Shown: one piece after another, positions 53,735 through 59,428 of the stretch | Layout: the number at the start of each line of letters is the position of its first letter | Numbering within the stretch: position 1 is the first letter of the stretch | Virus record (IMG/VR): IMGVR_UViG_3300025379_000012 | Span: 1-59,428 of that record | Direction: 5' to 3' (one strand) | DNA: 59,428 nucleotides | Source: a virus | Lineage: Duplodnaviria; Caudoviricetes | Position numbers and translations under genes: made by a program | Notes under the pieces: model-generated | The model's database searches: none | What the model saw: only the letters and a program-made list of their open reading frames with translations | Told to the model about the DNA's origin: nothing

Positions 53735-54970
53735 ATGTACATTGGCAACACCGTCATAACCCAAGGGTTTACACCGCAGGTAGATTTCTTCAGCGGTAAT
53801 GCAAGTACGACTGCGTTTACGCTGTCTCGCCCAGTTGCGTCCACATACCAGATGATTGTTAATGTAGCTAATGTAGATCAGAATCCTGGATCAGCGTACA
53901 CAGTATCTGGTAACACAATTACGTTTGCCTCTGCGCCCCCAAGCGGAACAAATAACATCTGGGTTGAGTACACAAGCTTAATAACTCAGGTTATTCAGCC
54001 TTCAGCGGGTACGGTTGGAACATTACAACTACAAAGCAATTTAACGCTTAGTGGAACAACAACAACCAATACGATAACAAGTGCCGCATCTACTAACTTA
54101 TTACTTCAAACTAATAACGGTACTACTGCGGTAACTATTGATACAGCCCAAAACGTAGGTGTAGGAGTTACACCTAGTTTATCTAGTACAAAAACCATTG
54201 AATTGCCAAATGGGTTTTCTTTAACAAAAGGAGACATAACTTATGGTGGGTATTTGGCGGGGAATTGTTATTGGAATGGTTCTAATTGGATATATATAAC
54301 ATCGCATTATGCAACAACTTATAGCCAAGCTGAAGGCAATGGTTCTCATAGTTGGCAAATAGCGCCATCTGGAACAGCGGGTACTTCAATAACATTTACC
54401 CAAGCAATGACACTAGATAATAGTGGTAATTTGTTTGTTGGTTCAACAAGCGATCCTGCAAGTGGAAAATTTGCAATAAGGGCGGCTAATAATATTAATT
54501 TATCTATGGGCGCATCTACTGGTTCTATATCAGGAGCTTTGTGTTTTAATTTTATTAATAATACAAATGGCGCAAACGTACCATTTGAAATCAGATGTTT
54601 GCCAGGTAATTTTTATATAACCAACGGATTAAATTCTGGTTCTGGTTCAACAATGGTTTTTAATACCTCAACAGGATTAGTCTCATACAGTACATCTTCA
54701 CTTAGGTATAAAGAAAATGTACAAGATATTAAATACGGTTTAGCTGATGTATTAAAAATGAGAGCTGTTAATTTTGATCATATCTCCGACAAGGTTGCTG
54801 ATATTGGTGTAATTGCAGAAGAAATGATAAACGTAATTCCTGAAGTAGTTGGTAAAAATAAAGATGGATTAGCTGATTATGTTAACTACGATAAACTAAC
54901 TGCAGTTTTAATTAAATCAATTCAAGAACTATCCGCAAAAGTAACCGCTCTAGAAGCAAAGGTAGCATAA
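53735..54970 (+). CDS. Tail fibre with C-terminal intramolecular chaperone (peptidase S74)
   Basis: SSLRYKENVQDI..GL, GVIAEE, VNYDKL..VLIKSIQEL. Confidence 0.85.
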   Translation: MYIGNTVITQGFTPQVDFFSGNASTTAFTLSRPVASTYQMIVNVANVDQNPGSAYTVSGNTITFASAPPSGTNNIWVEYTSLITQVIQPSAGTVGTLQLQSNLTLSGTTTTNTITSAASTNLLLQTNNGTTAVTIDTAQNVGVGVTPSLSSTKTIELPNGFSLTKGDITYGGYLAGNCYWNGSNWIYITSHYATTYSQAEGNGSHSWQIAPSGTAGTSITFTQAMTLDNSGNLFVGSTSDPASGKFAIRAANNINLSMGASTGSISGALCFNFINNTNGANVPFEIRCLPGNFYITNGLNSGSGSTMVFNTSTGLVSYSTSSLRYKENVQDIKYGLADVLKMRAVNFDHISDKVADIGVIAEEMINVIPEVVGKNKDGLADYVNYDKLTAVLIKSIQELSAKVTALEAKVA

Positions 54971-55125
54971 TGAACGAAATCAAACTCTCAGCACAGGTAT
55001 TCAACGGACTCATGCAGTATCTAGATAACCAACCTCACAGGGAAGTTAGACAACTCATAGATGCTATTACTAGAGAAGTGCAAGAACAACAAAAAGAGGT
55101 AGAAGATGCCACTAAGCACGATTGA
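54970..55125 (+). CDS. 51-aa hypothetical protein, paralog of 3166-3333
   Basis: MNEIKLSAQVFNGLMQYLDNQPHREVRQLIDAITREVQEQ... Confidence 0.7.
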   Translation: MNEIKLSAQVFNGLMQYLDNQPHREVRQLIDAITREVQEQQKEVEDATKHD

Positions 55126-55669
55126 TTCATATGGTTTAACACAAACCAATTGGACTACTGCGGGTAGACCTAGCTCTCCTTTTGTTGGGCAAATTGGGTA
55201 TAACACCACTTATGGTGGAATGGAAGTTTACAACGGTAGTGCTTGGGATACTATTACTGGTGGTCCTGCTTTTCAAACGTCAATAAGTTCAGGAACAACT
55301 CAAAGTGTTTCAGCTACTACATTTACAAAAATACAATTTAACACAGTAGCTTTTGATACCAACTCAAACTTTAATGCGTCAACTTATAGATTTACTCCTA
55401 CCATTCCAGGGTATTATCAACTAAATGTTTTTTGTGGCGTTTCTACTCCTTGTAGAGTTATTACTGCTTTAATTCAAAATGGATCTACTTACTATTATGG
55501 TATGGATTCTGGAAGTGCAAACGTAGGTTCTTCAATGAACAGTATGGTTATGAAGTTTAATGGTTCTACTGATTATGTTGAAGCATTTATTTATCTTTCA
55601 ACAGGTCAAAACCTTGCTAACGGTGTAACTGCCACAGGGTTTAATGGCTCATTTATTCGGAGTATATGA
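55106..55669 (+). CDS. Fibre-tip protein with C1q/TNF-like domain
   Basis: PAF...TKIQFNT..FDT...F....YRFTPT.PGYYQ...NGSTDYVE. Confidence 0.65.
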   Translation: MPLSTIDSYGLTQTNWTTAGRPSSPFVGQIGYNTTYGGMEVYNGSAWDTITGGPAFQTSISSGTTQSVSATTFTKIQFNTVAFDTNSNFNASTYRFTPTIPGYYQLNVFCGVSTPCRVITALIQNGSTYYYGMDSGSANVGSSMNSMVMKFNGSTDYVEAFIYLSTGQNLANGVTATGFNGSFIRSI

Positions 55670-55848
55670 TGGCTTTAATTGATCAAATAATGACAATTTA
55701 CCCAACACTTACTGAAGTAGACTTTGACCCAATCAAGGGAACAATTCATTTGCAAAACGATAGTGATGGTAAAGGTGATTACATAAAGTCATGGACAAAC
55801 AGTAATCCACAACCAACTGAAGAACAACTTCAGGCAACGGGGAAATAA
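55666..55848 (+). CDS. XkdW-like small tail protein
   Basis: IYP.L...DF....I.LQNDSDGKGDYIKSW...PQPTEEQL. Confidence 0.6.
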   Translation: MMALIDQIMTIYPTLTEVDFDPIKGTIHLQNDSDGKGDYIKSWTNSNPQPTEEQLQATGK

Positions 55849-56808
55849 ATGTACATTGGAAATCCTTTAATCCAGTCAGCATTTCTAGTTGATACGTTCA
55901 GCGGGAATAACTCGACTACAGTATTTACCATGTCTGTTGCCCCCGCCAATACTGCCTCGGTACTGGTGGCGGTTAGTGGCGTACTTCAGTCTCCTGATAC
56001 ATATTCTGTAGTTGGCACAACCCTTACATTCACCCAAGCACCCCCAACGGGTACGGGTAATATCTCTGCAAGGTACCTAGGTATCCCTGCATCTGGAGTA
56101 ACAACAACTGCATACAGAACAGTAACAACCTTTACTGCAACTGCATCACAGACAACCTTTACGCCTCCTAGTTATACAGTTGGGTTTATTAACGTATACA
56201 GAAACGGTGTACTGCTAACCCCTACATCTGACTACACGGCATCTAACGGAACAACGGTAGTACTGGCAAGTGGAGCGGCATCTGGAGATACGGTAATAGT
56301 CGAGAGCTTCCTGGTTAGCTCTGTGCTTAATGCTATACCGAATACTGCGGGTAGTGTAAGCGGTTCTAATCTGGTTCAAAGTCAAATATTAACTGCGGTA
56401 CAACAGCCTACTGGTAGTGTAATTCAAGTTGTTGGATCAACATTATCTGGAAATCAATCAACAACCTCAACATCTTTTGTAACAACAAACTTATCTGCAA
56501 GCATTACCCCGCAATTTTCAACAAGCAAAATACTTGTAATTGTAAATAGTGTTTCTGGTGCATCTACTGGGCAGTCAAGTTTTTACACAATTTACAGAGG
56601 TAGTACAAATTTAGGTGGTAGCAATGGTTTGGTTATTGATGGTTTAGGATCACAAGTTGACATGCCATTAAGTATGTCTTATTTAGATAGTCCATCATCT
56701 ACATCTTCATTAACATATACAGCTCAATTCAGAATCGGGTCTTCTGGTACTGCTTTTTTTGGAGAAGGTAATTTGACTTCTTGTATGACACTTATGGAGA
56801 TCAGATAA
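55849..56808 (+). CDS. Tail fibre protein
   Basis: MYIGN N-module paralogous to 53735; GSVIQVV...ITPQFSTSKILV...DSPSSTS.LTY C domain. Confidence 0.7.
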   Translation: MYIGNPLIQSAFLVDTFSGNNSTTVFTMSVAPANTASVLVAVSGVLQSPDTYSVVGTTLTFTQAPPTGTGNISARYLGIPASGVTTTAYRTVTTFTATASQTTFTPPSYTVGFINVYRNGVLLTPTSDYTASNGTTVVLASGAASGDTVIVESFLVSSVLNAIPNTAGSVSGSNLVQSQILTAVQQPTGSVIQVVGSTLSGNQSTTSTSFVTTNLSASITPQFSTSKILVIVNSVSGASTGQSSFYTIYRGSTNLGGSNGLVIDGLGSQVDMPLSMSYLDSPSSTSSLTYTAQFRIGSSGTAFFGEGNLTSCMTLMEIR

Positions 56809-57863
56809 TGACAAACGCAGTATCAGTAGCCCAGTACGGCTCTTCAAACCCAACAATGCGTAACCGTATTATTAACGGTGCGATGGTTATAAATCAGCGT
56901 GGTTTTAGTGGGACTGCGGTTGATGCAACATACAGCTTAGATAGATGGGCTTTAACATCTACACAAGCAAGCAAATATACTGTATCGCAATCATCTACCG
57001 CACCAACAGGGTTTACAAATAGTATATTAGCCACATCTTCATCTGCATATTCTGTATCTTCATCAGATTATTTTTCTATAAATCAATTTATTGAAGGTTT
57101 TAATACCGCAGACTTAGGGTGGGGAACTGCTACTGCTAAAGCAGTAACGCTATCGTTTTGGGTTCAGTCCTCATTAACAGGCACATTTGGGGGTGCTATT
57201 GTTAATAGCGGAACTTCCTATTCATATCCGTTTAGCTATTCAATTCCAGTAGCAAATACTTGGACTCAAATAAGCATTACTATTGCAGGACCTACTTCGG
57301 GTACTTGGGTTGGGGCTACCAATGGTGTTGGTATGCGTATTTATTTCTCATTAGGCGCAGGAACTTCTCAAAGCGGATCCGCAGGTTCATGGGCTAGTGC
57401 TTTTTATACGTCAGCCACAGGAGCAGTTAGCGTAGTTGGCACATCTGGGGCTACCTTTTATTTCACAGGAGTACAACTAGAAGCAGGAAGTACAGCTACT
57501 CCATTTGAATATAGACAGTACACAAATGAATTGCAACTATGTCAAAGGTATTATTGGAAGATATATTCTGGAACATACAACTACCAAGTTTTTACAATCC
57601 TGACTTTTGAAGCAACGGCTATTGCGTGGGGTCCAGTCAATTTAAAAGTGACAATGCGAACTATTCCTTCTGCAACTAAAAACGGCAATTGGCGTGTAAG
57701 TTATGGAACTGCAGGTACATTTCAAGTTGATAATAATCAGTCTGGACCGGATCTAATTCAAATAGGTTGGACTGGCGGTTCTGGTGGTACTCCAGGGTAT
57801 TCATCATACTGGACAGCAAGTTCAGATCCTACAGCATATCTTGCAATGAGTGCGGAGCTTTAA
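56808..57863 (+). CDS. Tail fibre/receptor-binding protein, paralog B
   Basis: Same conserved domain as 103-1236. Confidence 0.7.
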   Translation: MTNAVSVAQYGSSNPTMRNRIINGAMVINQRGFSGTAVDATYSLDRWALTSTQASKYTVSQSSTAPTGFTNSILATSSSAYSVSSSDYFSINQFIEGFNTADLGWGTATAKAVTLSFWVQSSLTGTFGGAIVNSGTSYSYPFSYSIPVANTWTQISITIAGPTSGTWVGATNGVGMRIYFSLGAGTSQSGSAGSWASAFYTSATGAVSVVGTSGATFYFTGVQLEAGSTATPFEYRQYTNELQLCQRYYWKIYSGTYNYQVFTILTFEATAIAWGPVNLKVTMRTIPSATKNGNWRVSYGTAGTFQVDNNQSGPDLIQIGWTGGSGGTPGYSSYWTASSDPTAYLAMSAEL

Positions 57864-57864
57864 A

Positions 57865-58080
57865 ATGTATAAACTATATTTTCCTTTATCTACAGGTCCT
57901 GCAACTGCGGTTTCGAGAGCAAACGCTGACGGCTCAGAAACATCAGTCCCATACGTTACAGACAACACCGACTACCAACGCTTCAAAGCAGACCTAGCCA
58001 ATGGCGTAGCACTAAGTGATGCTGAAGGCAACCCTATGACGGCAGATCAGATTAAAACCTTTCTTGAAGGATTAGCATGA
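57865..58080 (+). CDS. Small DNTDY-family fibre-associated protein
   Basis: DNTDYQRFKADL.NGV.LSDAEGNP. Confidence 0.65.
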   Translation: MYKLYFPLSTGPATAVSRANADGSETSVPYVTDNTDYQRFKADLANGVALSDAEGNPMTADQIKTFLEGLA

Positions 58081-59159
58081 GCTTGACACAAGTCCCAAGT
58101 GGGATGCTCCAAACGACAGCGCAGTACTATGGCTTTAAGAACCGTGTAATGAACGGTCAGATGCAAATTGATCAAAGATATTCTGGCGCAGTTCAAAGTC
58201 CCGCTCCTTCTGGTTATTCTGCCGATAGATGGGCTTTGTATAAGTCAGGCTCAGGAACTTGGTCGTATCAGTTGTCAAGTACTGCCCCCGCAGGATTTAG
58301 TTCAAGTATGTTGCTAACAGTAACAGCTACAGAAACTCCTTCCTCTGGTGATTATTTTATTATTCAACAACCGATAGAAGGTTTTACCACATCTGATTTT
58401 AATTGGGGTACTGCTAATGCACAAACGGTAACAGTATCGGCATGGGTTTATTCAAGTGTGACTGGGACATTTAGTGGAGCAATAAGAAATAGTGCAACAA
58501 CACTAAGCTATGCTTTTTCTTACTCAATACCTGTAGCCAATACATGGACGCAGATTAGCGCAACGATTCCTGGTCCAACAACTGGAACATGGGTAGGAGG
58601 AACAAACGGAGTTGGTTTATATCTTGATTTTTGCTTGAGTGCGGGTTCTTCTAATCTAACTGCGGCAGGTTCTTGGACATCAGGAAGTTACATTGGAGCA
58701 ACTGGACAGACTGCTTGGATTTCAACAAGCGGAGCTACTTTTTATGTAACTGGTGTGCAATTAGAAAAAGGAACGCAAGCAACATCTTTTGATTACCGCC
58801 CCATTACTACTGAACTAACTTTGTGTCAAAGATATTATTGGCAAATTATGGTGCTAGGCGGAACGGGCGGAAATTATGCAGGAGTTGCGGCAGGACATTA
58901 TTTTGCAAGTGCAAATGCTCAGTTATATTTAAAATATCCAGTTACTATGAGATCTGCGCCAACTTTTGTTGGAAATACTTTGTTGCTTGCAAGTGGTTCT
59001 GCATCTACTAGCGTAGGATCACCAAATCTTACTTATACAGGTACAGATTCAGCAATGATTCAATATAATTCTTTAACAGCAAGTACTGTTGGTTATGCCG
59101 CAATTCTTTATATTAACAATACTACTAGCGGTTATTTAGCGGCATCCTCGGAGTTATAA
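58077..59159 (+). CDS. Tail fibre/receptor-binding protein, paralog C
   Basis: Same conserved domain; N-terminus nearly identical to 103-1236. Confidence 0.7.
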   Translation: MSLTQVPSGMLQTTAQYYGFKNRVMNGQMQIDQRYSGAVQSPAPSGYSADRWALYKSGSGTWSYQLSSTAPAGFSSSMLLTVTATETPSSGDYFIIQQPIEGFTTSDFNWGTANAQTVTVSAWVYSSVTGTFSGAIRNSATTLSYAFSYSIPVANTWTQISATIPGPTTGTWVGGTNGVGLYLDFCLSAGSSNLTAAGSWTSGSYIGATGQTAWISTSGATFYVTGVQLEKGTQATSFDYRPITTELTLCQRYYWQIMVLGGTGGNYAGVAAGHYFASANAQLYLKYPVTMRSAPTFVGNTLLLASGSASTSVGSPNLTYTGTDSAMIQYNSLTASTVGYAAILYINNTTSGYLAASSEL

Positions 59160-59160
59160 A

Positions 59161-59370
59161 ATGTATCAATTGCAATCAACAACTGAAATGTTTCCCAAAA
59201 TTTTATCTGTTACAAGAAGTACAGATACTGCTTGCATCCCATTTGCACCAGACAATACAGACTATGCAAACTTCAAAAAAGACATTCAAAACGGTGTCCA
59301 ATTAAACGATGCTGAAGGTAATCCTATTACTGGATCAGCACTAACAACATTTATGGAGACATTACCATGA
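59161..59370 (+). CDS. Small DNTDY-family fibre-associated protein
   Basis: C-terminal 22 aa identical to 1237-1437. Confidence 0.65.
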   Translation: MYQLQSTTEMFPKILSVTRSTDTACIPFAPDNTDYANFKKDIQNGVQLNDAEGNPITGSALTTFMETLP

Positions 59371-59428
59371 GCCAATCCGGATACACTCCTTTGCTGATAT
59401 ACGGAAGTGGTACGTCAACAAATACTCC
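59302..59428 (+). repeat. 127-bp exact repeat of 1369-1495 (includes the 5' end of the 1434 gene at 59367)
   Basis: Direct comparison. Confidence 0.97.

Noticed and set aside
56808-59370. Diversity-generating retroelement or invertase shufflon behind the fibre paralogs
   Set aside because: I found no reverse transcriptase or site-specific recombinase ORF, no adenine-specific TR/VR pair, and all cassettes are on the same strand.
59302-59428. Biological direct terminal repeat
   Set aside because: It matches an internal position (1369), starts mid-gene, and its length equals a common assembler k-mer.

Overview
This window is an essentially complete genome of a tailed dsDNA phage with podovirus/P22-like organisation. 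The spanin pair and GH19 endolysin point to a Gram-negative host; a freshwater betaproteobacterial host is my inference only. The last 127 bp are identical to 1369-1495, so the sequence closes into a circle of about 57.9 kb (1369-59301), and 1-1368 looks like an alternative or extra receptor-binding cassette. Gene order: fibre/adhesin genes, lysis (holin-like genes, Rz/Rz1, GH19), tail adaptor and nozzle, ejection proteins, a short leftward early operon (SSB-like, lipoprotein, PD-(D/E)XK nuclease), cro-like, ParB-like, SF2 helicase, TOPRIM primase, RuvC, GNAT, many small modular ORFs, terS/terL, two polyvalent-type proteins, portal, GroES-like, scaffold, MCP, decoration proteins and a long fibre array. 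I saw no integrase, CI, ParA, DNA polymerase, RT, tRNA or CRISPR. Main leads: (1) a 15-bp palindrome CGCGATT(C/G)AATCGCG in 8 dispersed copies, one inside an orphan ParB-HTH gene; (2) a short xxGG peptide tag repeated about 30 times across six otherwise unrelated late proteins; (3) several structured non-coding RNA candidates (a ~450-nt multi-hairpin region, two elements sharing a kissing-loop architecture, a cloverleaf leader, an H-type pseudoknot and an anti-SD sRNA candidate); (4) a 17-bp operator overlapping five promoter positions; (5) mosaic paralogous receptor-binding cassettes. All product calls come from motif recognition by eye, with no database searches.
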